From Amoebophrya sp. A120 (Eukaryota; Protista; Dinoflagellata), in contig CAJINV010000019.1 in the NCBI GenBank assembly GCA_905178155.1, positions 1,038,913 to 1,102,912 on the forward strand: DNA of 64,000 nt, read 5' to 3'. Positions 25,101-37,900 of this stretch are shown piece after piece. Under the pieces are notes generated by a model. That model had not been told where the DNA came from, searched no databases, and worked only from the letters and a program-made list of their open reading frames with translations. The position numbers were made by a program, and so were the translations under genes. Position 1 is the first letter of the stretch, and each line of letters opens with the position of its first letter.

Positions 25101-26224
25101 CACAAAATTTCCCTCATGTAGTTGTCCATCGTCTTCACTATCGTGCATCGGGTCCCAGTCGGCACCGCGTTCGAAGGCTGTTTGTGTGTCGTAAACCGCA
25201 GGCTTTGACTTCCCTGGCGCATAGTTCTTCTCGCCTTTCTGGTCTTCAAAGGAAGTGTTCACCCTGGTGTATTGTTCCACCGTTTTCATCTTTGTAAAAG
25301 CGGAGAGTTTGTTCTTTGCGGATTTAAGATTTGATGTCCTCTGCTGCCCTGGTTCTGGCGAAGGAGTAGGAGAAACAGGTGCTGCTGCGACTTGATTGGA
25401 GGCGATATTTTCATTTGCTTCTGGCACAAAAATTTCATCCGTTTCCATCAATTCGCCGTGTTTTTCTTGTAGTTGTCTTAGTCTCTTCTTCGAGTTGTTT
25501 TTCGGTGAGTCCGCCAAAGATTTTCTTCCGCCAGTTGCACTTGGTGCTTCTTGGACCATATTATCCGCGGCACCATCTTGTTCCGGATCAACGCCAACAG
25601 TCGCACGTATTTTCCGCGTCCGTCGCACCGACCGGGTTTTCAGCACCAGGGACTTTTTCTTTTTCTTCTTGGTGCTCGGTAGATCACCCCCATCGCCTGA
25701 AGATGTCAGTGTTGTGCTGTCTGCAGCAACAGTGTTCTTGACCGGTGGAGCAATGCTGTCATCCTCCTCAGGACGACGCGAGCCGGAAGCGACTTCTATC
25801 GTAGGGAAAAGTCACCCCTCCCCATATCGAAAAGGAACGCCTCTGAGAATTTGTGATGCTGATTTGTGACTAGAAATCGGGTTTGTCTTGCAAGAAATCA
25901 ACGACAGGGGGCTCCGCCCGATTATGCAGGCGGTTTGTAATGCTGTTGGTCCTACAGCATAGACGTTCCTCATGCTAAGTGCCTAGGCCAAAGCCTCTCA
26001 CTCTATATTGGCATGATATGGGCCTGCAGTCCTCTACTGCAAGACAAATCTGATTTCTGTACGCAAATCCAGCATCACAAATTATGTTTTCGATATGGGG
26101 AGGGGGCATTTTTCCTTTTGATAACTTCAGTGTCCAGAAGCGGCAAGGGCCCGGGATTGGGATTCGTCGTTTTTCGCGCGGACGAATCGCGACGCGTCGT
26201 CGTCTTTGCTTTCGATGTCGCCAT
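22115..26224 (-). CDS. large acidic, low-complexity protein with a C-terminal coiled coil
   Basis: ATG at 26224 (MATSKAK) joins the 912-aa ORF across element 25797-26123. Spliced tail reads EA|DQLKRELVKLR|ERTDDLEMDL. Last exon tentative. Confidence 0.75.
22539..22688. mobile_element. introner family C (150 bp)
   Basis: C-type TIR; DR CGCGC/CTCGC. Confidence 0.9.
22727..22993. mobile_element. introner family A (267 bp)
   Basis: A-type TIR; DR CCGCC/CCGCC. Confidence 0.93.
25797..26123. mobile_element. introner family B (327 bp)
   Basis: B-type TIR; DR ACTTC/ACTTC. Confidence 0.95.
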
Positions 26225-27273
26225 GAGAGAAGGAAAGAATCGTCCAACAGGGGCACTAAAACTAAAAACTGATATATAATCTAGTAATCGATGGGACGTA
26301 GATGCTCAACCAGCTCCATCCTACAATATTAGTGGGGAAACAAAGCGTGAAAGACCAGCAGCATGCAAATCAGAAATAGATGGGGCAGCAAACAAAACTG
26401 TCTTGCTCCTCGTCGTACTTTGCGGACCGCAATAGGCGGTGTCTCTCGTGTAGAAACAGTGCTGGAGGGTACTTAAAATGTTTGAGGGTAACTATATCTA
26501 GTTAGAGCAGGAAAGGAAAGCACCTGGAATAATCAAGGTAGGAAACGCCCGCGAAGATTGATGATAGTACACGACGTCCAAGCTCGAGCAAAAATTGCCG
26601 AAACCAAAACCACACGACAACCGAAACGCTTTGTGTACGAGGACATGTTAACCAACAAAGGACGACAGTAAAGAGAACGAAGCAGGTTGATGAAACAACC
26701 GATGAAACAAGTTCTATCGTACGAGTAGACATCATCACGATGCTGCGCGGACCGAAAAGCTAACGCAAACGCAACGACGGACCGAAAAGCCAAAGCATAT
26801 ACGCAGATTGCATTTGGCTGCACGACTGGACAACCCACTTGTCTGCATGTGTGCAGATGTTGTGAACGACGGAAAATGGACGAAGACGAGACAGATAAGG
26901 CAGTCGTGAATACGGGTTCATTGTTCTCTACGACAGACGACAAGCTGCGCCGTCTGAGAAATCACGAACATAAACTCAAAAGTGGAACAGCAGCCGTAGT
27001 AACGTCAAGACGTGGCCACTTTCAACAAACTACGCTCTTTGAAGATGTGCGCTGCTGACGTGGCAGTACTAGGATAACCTGCTTGAGCTTGTACTTACAT
27101 CAAATAGGTATGAATCGTGAAGGTTTTGTTCTGTAGAGCTAGAGGTCGCTGTCGATTTCAATAAAAATCGCTGTCGCTTATGTCCACGGCCTCGGCCATG
27201 ATGCTCAACATTATTCATGATGAAATGTCACGAGGTGACAGACACTCGGGCAACCAGTGTCGCAAAAAACCGC

Positions 27274-30200
27274 TCATGCCCCACCCACCGCGGAGCACGG
27301 CAATGCGGTTGATGAGACCAAAGAGCTGTTCTTTCCCAGGTCGACTCGCAGTCTTTTCGTCGGACTGTCACTCAATACTGAAGCTGCTCCTGCTGCGATA
27401 TCATCTTCTTCTTCTTCTACCATGATCGACGCGCTAGTTTTTCTGTCGCTGTTCTGTAAGCAGTCCGTACTCGGCGAAGCGTCAACTTCTACCGCAACAT
27501 CGGCTTTCGTAGTTCTTCTCGACGTTATTATATGATCCGTGGTTGCTGTAATTATCCCCACCCCTAAACATTCCAGCACGTTTCTCGCGATTTTCGCCAC
27601 CAAAGGCGGGCACACGGCGTTTCCGCACTGGTAATAGAAGCGGTTCGCGTTTCGCTGGTTTTCCACGCAAAACGTCTCTGGAAAACCCTGCAGCCGTGCG
27701 CATTCCCGCAGCGTGAAAAAGCGCGGCGGGGGGAGATTTTCAACACTTTCATTTTCGTGCGTTCCGTCTTCATCCCTTGGATACGGCACGAACTCGGACT
27801 GCACCAAGTAGCCAGATTTGTACCGCGCCGTCAGTGTGCGTGCGAGGTAGTCCAGCTCCACGATGCGCTTTTTTGGTTTTTTCGAACTGGTCCACGATCG
27901 GTGGCTTTTCACCTTCTCCCACTGAGTGTCGGTTAAAAGGACGCTTTTCAACTTTTCGGGGTTTTGTTCCAAGGCGGTATCAGGCTCCAAGATGTCGCGG
28001 ACGGTGACAGGTCTGATTTGACGTAGCGAGGCCGGTGAGTTTGACGAAAGTGATGTTTTTTCCATTGGCGGAGAGAGATCAGATTGGTTTTCTGTTCCAG
28101 CATTGTGGCTTTTTGAATTTGCGGCTCGCCTCCAATCTTGGTCCCCGCAAGAGGTCCTCGTGGAAGAGGTGTCTACTCTCATGTCACTGTGGCTGCAGCT
28201 TGGCACGTGTTTCTCGCCCCCGTCGATGTGTTGGCGTTCCTGTGGTGGCTCGGGCCAGTGGAAATCGAACTCGGGAGAAATATTCTGGTCCAGCTCCAGT
28301 CTTGCTTCAGGCTCAGTTCTTTCACAAGAAGGAGATGCCATTCCACCCCCCCTTCTCATCAAAAACCCGACGATATACAGCCGATCCCGGTTTTGCGGAA
28401 CAACATCCGGACAGACTGCGTGGCTGTTCAGGACCTTGTGGTGCACCTCGTATCCGCAGTCTTGTTCTAATAACTGTTTCACCGTTTCAAACACCTTCCC
28501 GTCCTCCAGTTCCAACAACCCGGGGACGTTTTCTAATAGCAAGGCTCGCGGCTTGAGGCTTTTACTGTGTTTCAGCAGTCTGACGATCTCGAAAAACAGC
28601 TGTCCCGGGTTTGCTAGCTCGTTTTTTAGACCTTTGCGGCTGCTGCCGGTATCAAAGTGAGAAAAACTAGATTTATGTCGCCCCTGGTGCCTCAATCGCG
28701 TTCGTACCTACTAGTGTGTTGAGTACTAGAAATTTAAATGAAACACGGGCAGAGGGAGTAGATGTGGAGAGAAACTAGAACTACTACTACATTTCAATTT
28801 GCATGACAATCGATTTCGCGCTGTTGATTTAAGCATAAATATGTTGCAATTGAAGCTGAAGCGACATGATATCACTATTTTCTGCATTATCATACTTGGC
28901 TTTTGAAAAAGACTGGCAGGGGAATCCGGCACAGAGGAGGTCGAGTTGGCCAGTAAGGGGGCAAGCGGGTAACTTCTCTAGCGTCGTGATGTCGGTATTG
29001 AAGCCAAACAGGGGCTTTCCGTGATTGACTTCGTACAAATATCTTGCCTCCGCGTCGCATTCCGAGGCCAATAGACAGGTCCCGCGCAGGTGGCAGAAAT
29101 TTCCCGACTTCAGGCCGCAGGAAAACCCCCCGATACCCGCGAACAGGTCGACAAACGTGAACTGGGGCAGATTTTCTGCGGTTTTTGTCGGGTGGACAGC
29201 GACACCGGCGTCTGGCTGCAGTTGCAGGTTAGAGACCTGTAGTTCTTCCCCCGCAGTACTGCCATAACTTGTGGACATCGCTGGGCTAACACCTGGGAAA
29301 ATCTCGTTCTGATCTTCGACCGCATCCCCGTCGCAGCCACCTGCTGCGGCCGAGTTGTTCTTCAGTTCATCTGCGAAACGTGTCGACGCAGTAGCATAAT
29401 CCTTCAGAAGATCATGATCGACGTCAAGAACATCGAGTTCCACAAGCTTGACACAAGCTGCTAGGCTCTCGGGAAGCACGTGGTCTTTCATTTTTCCATT
29501 CCTATCTTGGCCCTTGCGAATCATGTTCTTCTTGCCCATCACGTCGAAATTCGGCTCACCACAATGATCGGCCTGCGCTGTTGGCTGCGAAACACCTTTT
29601 TCATGTTTTTCTGTGCGATGTGCTGCGCGCATCAGGCACGAGAAGAAGAAATCCCATTGCGTCCGGGTTAGGGGAACAAATTTGCAGTCTGTTATGTCTA
29701 CCGTACGAGAGGAACCACTGTGGTCCATCAGCGCGCACTCGCCGTTAGGGTCGGAACGAGATTTTGTTGATGCGGCCGGAGAGCATGGTGCGCTCCTACC
29801 TAGTGATGGACTCGTTATCTCGTCTGCTGCTTCAACTTCGTTGTCATCTCGTCCTCTGCACGCGGGCTCGCGTTGTAGGGACGAGGAACAGACCTGTTGC
29901 GTGTCTGGTCCCGTCTGGCTCGGGGATGGCTGTGCGACCTTTCGCTCACGAAATCGACAGGCCGCGATGACATGTTGGATCCCGTAGATCGCTATTTTTT
30001 CTGTCGTACTCCTAGTTGTTTCCACTCCCTCAACGGACCTGTGCCGTACTGTACTTGACGATGCCCGCCCTTCTGCGCTGTCCCTCCTGCCCCTGACATC
30101 ACTGACAGAAGTCAGCTGAGGTCGCGCTTTCTGTGACAAGCCAGCAGGACTTGTGTAGCCAGTCCTCTCTGCATCGTTGGTAGAAGCCGGGCTTATTTTT

Positions 30201-30700
30201 TCCACAAAGAAAACCTTCCTGGGCGTCCACAGTTTGCGATTTGCTTTCCTTTCAAAGTCTGTTCTAGCCCTGGAGGGTTCATCTCGTTGCTCCTCGCCGC
30301 GCAACGCGTAGTTTGCCAAACCTGCTGCACTTGCTCTACCCGCTACTTCTGCCACCTCATGATCTTGCGACAGCACACGTGCAAAGTATATTTCCTCTCC
30401 ACCAGCTGATGTCATCTGCCGGCAGCTTTCCGTGGCGACACCAGGGGCATGAAGTGTGTCCCGCTCTCCACGCGAGGAAGGGTAGTCGTCGTGTGCGCTA
30501 CCTTCATCGGCGACGGGAGGCCTCTTCCCTTTCGACGTGACGCGTCGGCCCCCAGATGGAGTGTCGAGACCTGGTGAAACTGTGCTGTCTAATCGCGCAT
30601 TTGTATTTGTGTCGTTGGTGCCACAAAAGGTCGCTTCCAGCCATTTCAGGGCTGCGGCCAACTGCCCCGGAGGAACGAGAACGCCCTGCTTGTGATTCAT
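27274..30700 (-). CDS. C5 DNA (cytosine-5)-methyltransferase with a long N-terminal extension, two exons
   Basis: Motifs in order: I DLFAGIGG, IV GFPCQSFS, VI LLENVPGL, VIII QNRDRLYIVG, IX TLRECARLQGFP, X GNAV. Confidence 0.92.
28650..28894. mobile_element. old, highly diverged introner (245 bp)
   Basis: TAT...ATA ends, residual TIR (GAAAA.TAG..ATGTCGC), DR decayed (GCCGG/CTTGG). Removing 250 nt gives FSKAGSSRKG. Confidence 0.7.
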
Positions 30701-31930
30701 AATTCTACTTCCGTGCGTGGCTCTCGTTGCCGTGATTCATGATTCACCAGATTTCTCCTTGCGTGGCTCTAGCAGCCGTAGAAGATGAAGAGCTAAGAAG
30801 CAAAGTGTATAATAGAGGCAAAAGGGTTAAACGATTTCCTCTGCACAACCAACTAATTTTCATGTCTCACACAGAATTCTTCTCCCCAGGTTTGTTCATG
30901 TTCATCAGCCTACCCGCTACGCCATACCGCGTTCCTGTTCCGCTACAAAAATCAGTCAAATTGTCTCGCTCATGTTCTTCATCTTCAGGGAACAACTTTA
31001 ATTTTTGTCTTTGACATCAGATCTTTTTCTTCATCTCGCTGCGATCTCGCTTTTCGAGTACGTAGTAGATCTGACCTGCACTTTTTGTTTTTCGTTTTCC
31101 AACGGCAACGCCGAGAGACTAAAGTATCTACCCTAGCTAGCACACACGAGGACCTCGTTTAGAGCCATTTTCACTGATCATCTGATCCATATTCACGATT
31201 TCAGCTGCGTACGGGAACGCACAAAACAATTTTCTCGTTGCTACACACACGCGCACTTCCTTGTGCGGGCACCAGGAGGTGGGACAAGAAGGCATTCGGT
31301 TTCATTGTTCGAAGTGTAAATGTTTCCCTTACGTTGGCAGCCCCAGCTGCTCCTGGTGTCTTTGTTTATTGTTTTTCCATGGTGCTTTTGATATTGCCCT
31401 CAGGTCAACTCTCTTCGAACTCGTACTTTTTCCGCAGTAACAAGTTCGTTTTCCTTGCGATTGACACCATTGCCCACAGCAAAAGCAATGTGATCACGCG
31501 CCGTATTAAAGCAGGAAAGACCGCGGTCTTGTATTTTGTGCAGCAGATGAAGCTGTAGCCTGCCGATGTTCGTTGCATCTTCAAGAACCTGCGTACTGGG
31601 TGGTAGTCATAGCAGTAGTAGAAAACAAAGAGCTTGAAATATAACTACGTAAGAAACTCGCAAGGGAACACTACGTCACCACCTAGCCTGTGATTAAAGA
31701 TAAGCTCGCTGAGTGGTTGTGCGATTCTTTTCTCGTCTTTGAGCACGCCAGTTCGGGTATTAGTGAATAGCCTTGTCCTACGAACAGTTTCTTGACACTG
31801 TCTGATAGCATCGTCCCTAACGTCCTACCGGGTAGTGGTAGTATGCAGCGATGTTAAAGTGGACACAAAACTTATTCTTTCATGAAATGAAGAATCATCC
31901 AAGCGACGAGAGAACCTTATCCACCAATTC

Positions 31931-34900
31931 CTACTCCCCCGCGACCGAGGCCGCCACTGGTCCGCCGCGACCCTTTTTCCGGTGGTCCGCATTCGCAGTT
32001 TTCTTCTGCAATTTTTTATCCTGCTTCTGCTTTTGGCGCAACACTGGCTTCTCGTCCTCGCCCTCTTGGTCCACTTCCATTCTATCTGCAGCATAGTTTT
32101 CCTTGCCCCCACCGCCTTTGCCGCCGTGCCCCTCCTGCCAGTGGTCTTCATAGCCCGGATCCTCCTCATCCCAAGCACCGTCAGCCGCCCAGTCGCCTTC
32201 GTAAAACTCTTTGTAGAGCTCGCCCCAAGAGGACGCACTGTCGAAGTCCCAGTTGTACGACGAGGAAGCTCCTTGTTCTGCAGCTGCTTTCTTCTTTTTA
32301 CTGTTCGCGGTAAAAACTGCTGTTGCTCCATTTTTATCCTTTTTCTTGCTCTTCGACTGTAGTTCTTGTTTTTCACTCGCGATGAAAGAAACCTCCCCAG
32401 GGACGACCTCCTCCGCTTCATCTCCCTGCTCATCTTCCAATGCCAGGAGCTGTTCATACTGCTCGGCGGGCTTAATATCCTCGATCGCCGACGGGTTTTT
32501 TTTACCGCGTTTATTTCTCCCCTTCGCGTCCATCAACGGAAGTCCGTCCTCGCCCCGCGTTTTCCACTCCTCGGACTCGAGCAGCAACACGAATTCCTCG
32601 AAATCTTTCATCCCGTTCACCAAGCCCGCGCCGCCCATTCCCATCATCTTCAAGCAAAAGGGGTCGTTCTCGTGGTCAACCTCTTCCGCTGGCACCTGCT
32701 CCATATAACCCGCTCAGGTGTTACAATCTCAAATCGGTTACCATAGAATATGGAAATCTGTGGTGCAAGAGCAAGATTGCATGATCTAGCCAACTCTCAT
32801 AGGATTGCGCATGACAAGTTCCGGAGCCCCAAACCGCAGTACAAAAATCTGGCGAAATTTGTATTGCAGAAAGTGGAATGCTGTCCGAGTCTGTCATGCT
32901 CGTCATGCAACACAAAACCCAAATTCTATGGTAACCGATTTGAGATTGTAACGTTTCAGCAGGTCATACTCCAGCTCCCCCGTTTCCTCGTTCAGTACCA
33001 ACCGTGGCCGCATTATCCAAGAAAAAAACACCATCACAATCACTTTTGCACAGTTTTGCAATACAAACATTTTTGTCATGCGCAAAACTGCATCACAGTC
33101 AAAAGTCATAGGAGATTTCCCTTTGTGTTTTTGCAATACAAGAAAAATTTGTTATGCGAGACAAATTTCTGATGCAAAACTTCCCAACTGTGATTGTGAC
33201 GGTGTTTTTTTCTTGGATACGCATCGGCGCTACATGCTCGACCGGCCCCCACCGCAGCTGCGCACCGCCGGCGCTCGGGTCCGCCGTGGCGGTGCGGTGC
33301 TTGTTCATGTTCTTCACTCCGCGGCCAAAGCCAGTTGTACTAGAGCTCGTCTTTTTCTTTTTCGCCAACGGCTTTACTTCATCTTCGGAGCTGGTGCTCA
33401 TCGCAGCTTTATTTCCGTAGTTGTCCTCATCCGCCTCCTCTTGTGCTTGTTTAGGGTTCATCATTTTTCGCTTGTTGGACGACGTTTTTGTCGTCTTCAA
33501 ATAATCTGTCTTGGTCGCGTTAGTAACCAGCGCAGCGATTTCTTTTTTCTTCGCTGCGCTTGCGTTCCTCGCGAACTTGTTTCTCGCGATGTCGTATGAA
33601 CTGCAAAAATGTCTGGGTCTGGAAACTTGTAATGCTAAAAGTGAATGGAAGACGCACTGTAATGCCAATGCGCAGCTATGCATGACAATTTTTTTGGCTG
33701 CCATGTCTTACGTATTCCGCATGGCAAACTGCGTTTTTGTATGACAGGCAAGAGGGCCTTTTCGCGCCTATGCAACACAGATTCTCGAGTCATGCCAGAC
33801 AAGCATGACAAACTTGCACTCTTCCAGACTGGGTCTGACCCAGACATTTTTACATTTGATATGTCGTTCTGGATGTCTTTCAGAACCTGCTTTTTGTCGA
33901 GCTGGGGACGTTTGGTGGCGGCTTGTTTCTTGTTGCCCGCGTGCGAAGAATTTTCGTTGTAGTTTAGCTCGTCTTCCCCCTATCATGAGAAAAAAGTGTT
34001 ACAGTTACACATTTGTTGGAGTTTCTGCATCACAAATTTTCTCTGTGTGGCAGAGACCACTTGTAATGCGAAGATCATAAGGGAAAACAGGAAGAAAACG
34101 AGGCTCCCAAGCATTTCCTGCATGAGAAAGGTTGTCTGTGTTGCCGGTCTTGCATAGACTATGTGTGTAACTGTAACACTTTTTTCCTGTGATACCCCCT
34201 CCAGGCACTTGGCGAAGGCGTCCAACTTGGCGGACAAGTCCTCTTTGCCGTTTATGGCGTTCTCAACTGTTACATTCTCAACTGTTACATGGATTTGTGA
34301 TGCAAGAATGGGAAAAGTGAAAGGGGTCAGACTTCGCGTCTTGCATGACAGATCTGGCAAAGATTCTCAGCCTGTTTGGCTCTTCGAGAAGTTGTCATGC
34401 GACGCAGCTTGATCGTGTCGATTCTGATTGTGATTTTGCATTACAAATCGTGTAACAATTGAGAATGTAACATTTGAGAACGCCATACCGTTCTCCTTGC
34501 GGTTCTGGTGCAGCATCGCGTTGTAAAGACTCTTCTTCTATCCATTGCAAATATGGTAACAGGGTCTGGAGTTGTATCTGTGTATATGTGATGCTAAAAC
34601 AACCGCACCGACATTGCCATTGTCCAACATCGCTGAGGAGGCAAGCCTCCGCAGGCGCTGGAACGGCATAGGGTCAGAACCGCGAAAACATCGCGAGTAT
34701 TTCTTCATCCCCGTGATGCGAAATTTCACGCATATATGTGATGCAGAATTTCAAGCACGAAGAAGCTCTGTATTGTACTTCTATGAACAGGACTGCCCGG
34801 CTCCTTTGTCGTGCTGACATTTTTCATGCGACTCACGAATGAATCTGCAAGTAGCTGCCTCGCAAAACTTGTGGTGCTGTACGAAAGACCGCTGCGTCAA

Positions 34901-37900
34901 CATGCAAGAATGACCAGCAAAACAATAAACAAAGTCGCGTCATCCTTTCCTTTCCACAGCGCCAGACCCATACAAATTTCTTCCACTCCATATCTTCACT
35001 CGTTTCCGAAACTCCTTCTCTTCCTTGGACCGAACCCCGTCGGTTTTGCGAAAATTCGGAATTTCGTCTGGGATGTAATCGGCACCGTGCTTTTCCACGG
35101 CTTCAATCATGGTTTCGGCTTCGATGCGGCTCCACCAAAAGGCCATGACGAAATCCTGCGTACTCCAGGTGTACTCGTCTTTGAATACGTCGCAAGTCTT
35201 CAAGGAGCTGGTGTTCGCAAACGGCGCCAGAACCACGTTGAAAACCCAGCTGACCCCCTTCGGTTTGTGCACAATCTCGTCCCGGTTCTTGTCGTAGGTG
35301 ATCAAGCCCAGGGCGTGCAGACCGCGGTACAGCAGTTTTTTCACGTCGTTTACCTCCTTTTTCGAGATCATGTCCGTCTTTCGCAGCCGCTGGTGGTCCT
35401 TGATCAGTGCGTTTACAGCTTCCTGCATCTTCGTCACCAGTTCGATGGAAATGTTGTAGCACTTGTAGATCTCCCAATCGATGTCATCCTTCCTATACCG
35501 CTTCTCGTACGCGGAACGAAAGTTCGTGAGGGACATACTGTGAGGAAAAATCCCCCCTCCCCATATCGAAAAGGTACGTCGCAGAAAATTTGCAATGCTG
35601 ATTTGCGACCACAAATCATCTCTGTCTTGCAAGAAGGCAACTCCACAAGCTCCGCCGCATTATGCAGGCGGTTTGTGATACTGTTTAGCCTACAGCGCAG
35701 ACGTTTCTCATGCTAAGCGACTACGCCAAAACCTCTCCCCTCAGGCTTAACGTGGGCCTGCAGTCCTCGTCAGCAAGACAAATCTAATTTGTGGAGGACG
35801 CAAATCCAGCATCACACACTTCGTTTCGATATGGGGAGGGGGGATTTTTCATTTTGATACGACATGCGCATCCGCGGCCCACAGGCAAGGTCGGTGAAGT
35901 ACTCGTAGGCGCGGCGGCACTATGGATTGCAAAAATGACTGGGTCTGGAAGAATGCAGGAGTTTGTCATGCAGATTTTGCATAACCCGTGAGGTCTGTGA
36001 TGCATGCCCTAGCATCAGAGATTTTGCGAGGGCTTTCTGATGCTCATACCGCATGAGAAATGCCCTCTCCGCGTAGTACAAAATACACCTCTTTCGCTGT
36101 TCATGCAATACAGATTTTATGTAGAGTCCAGAGGTAGCATCACAAGTTGCATCCTTCCAGACCCAGACATTTTTGCATTTGATAGGCACTTGCCGGAGGT
36201 GTTGGCCCCGCGCTGGAAGGCCTTGCGGATGTTCTTCGGCAAGGCATCCATGTCCAATTTCGCCGTCTTATCAAATGCAAAAATGTCTGGGTCTGGAAGA
36301 ATTGGAACTTGTCATGCGAATTCTGGAATAGGCAAAAATTTGTATTGCATAAAGACCAGAACCTTCCGACTTCTTGCTACGCAAATACGAAATTTCTCAT
36401 GCGGGATAGACATCAGGAGGCCTACGCAAAACCTGTAATGCTTTTGCGTGCATTAGAGACCAGTTGCGTGTTGATCCAGAAGATGCATGACAAACTCCTG
36501 CAATCTTCCAGACCCAGACATTTTTACATTCCATACGTCTTGCTGATCTCCGATTCCGGGTCCAACAGGGCCTGCACGATGGTCTATTCTGAGTAAAAAC
36601 GTCCCCACCCCAGAGTTGTCATGCAAATCTGCATGCCAAAAAAGTTTCTCATGCGAAGCCACATGAGAAGCTTTTTCTAGTCGTGTTTTGGGATTTGTGA
36701 TGCTATGCATAGCATGGCATGCTATATCTGTGATGCTGCCGAACTAGCTAAACAGCATTACACTACGAGGACAATTTTGTCATGCGAAACAACCAAAGTT
36801 GGCTGATTTGTCTAGCAGATTTTCCATCTTGACTCTGGTATGGGGACGTTTTTACTCAGGATATGGTCGAGGAAATGTTCAAGCTTTGGAGACGCGTCTT
36901 TGCCGGCCGCGGTTGCTTCCACAAGGGAACGGTGGCGGGGACAAGTTCTTGACCGGATGTTGATAGGTCGTCCATTTTTCGTCTCTTGTTCGTCTGTTTC
37001 ACTGGAACGATGGCAAGCTGGTCGCTCGTCTCTACTTTGCTCCTGCCTTGTTTGGTGGATTTGCTATTCTTATCCTTCTTTACTACAGAGGAAGAACAGC
37101 TGCTGCTGCTGCTAGAGGACTGCTTTTTCGAAGTACAACCAAGGTCATTCTTAATCTTCTTTTTCGTCGTCTTGTAAGTAGAGTAACCGCCGCTGGCTTC
37201 TTCGTAGTAATTGTTCCACCAATCTTGTTCATCGTGATAATCTTCGTATTGGTTTACTTCGTCTTCGCTTTCATCTTCGCTTTTATCCTCTTTCCCGACG
37301 AAGTATTCGCCCGCGAATTTGTCTTCGAAATAATCTTCTTCGTCTTCCTTGTACTCGTTCTTGTTCATCTTTTTGCTCTATCGAATGCAAATATGTCTGG
37401 GTCTGGAAGAGTCGGAGTTTGTCATGCACATTTTGCATGACCCGGGAGGTCTGTGATGCAGGTCCTAGCATCACACATTTTATGTTGAGGGCTTCTTGAT
37501 GCTTATCACGCATGACAAATGCCCTCTCCGCGTGCCAAGAACTGGACCCCTCTTGCTGCTCATGCAACACAGATACTTTTGGAATCCACAGACAGCATTA
37601 CAAGTTTCACCCTTCCAGACCCAGACATTTTTGCATTTGATATGCTCTTCGATACAAGTTTTACGTCCGCTTTGGAACTGGAAGAACCTCCTGCTGTGGT
37701 AGTCTTGCCCTTACTACTCGAATGAGCATTGTTGAATGCTTTGATAGGTTCCGCTAGCTTCCAGAATTTTTCGATGGTTGCTTTCTCGACAGGTTCCGAT
37801 AGCTTAAACCTGAATTTTATTTCTTTGATAGGTTCCGCTAGGTCACAACGAGAAGCAGTTTTCTTGTTCTTTTTGTTTTCTTTGCTCGACACCGCGGACT

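Noticed and set aside
26748-26790. CGGACCGAAAAGC direct repeat, two copies
   Set aside because: Short local duplication with no further structure.
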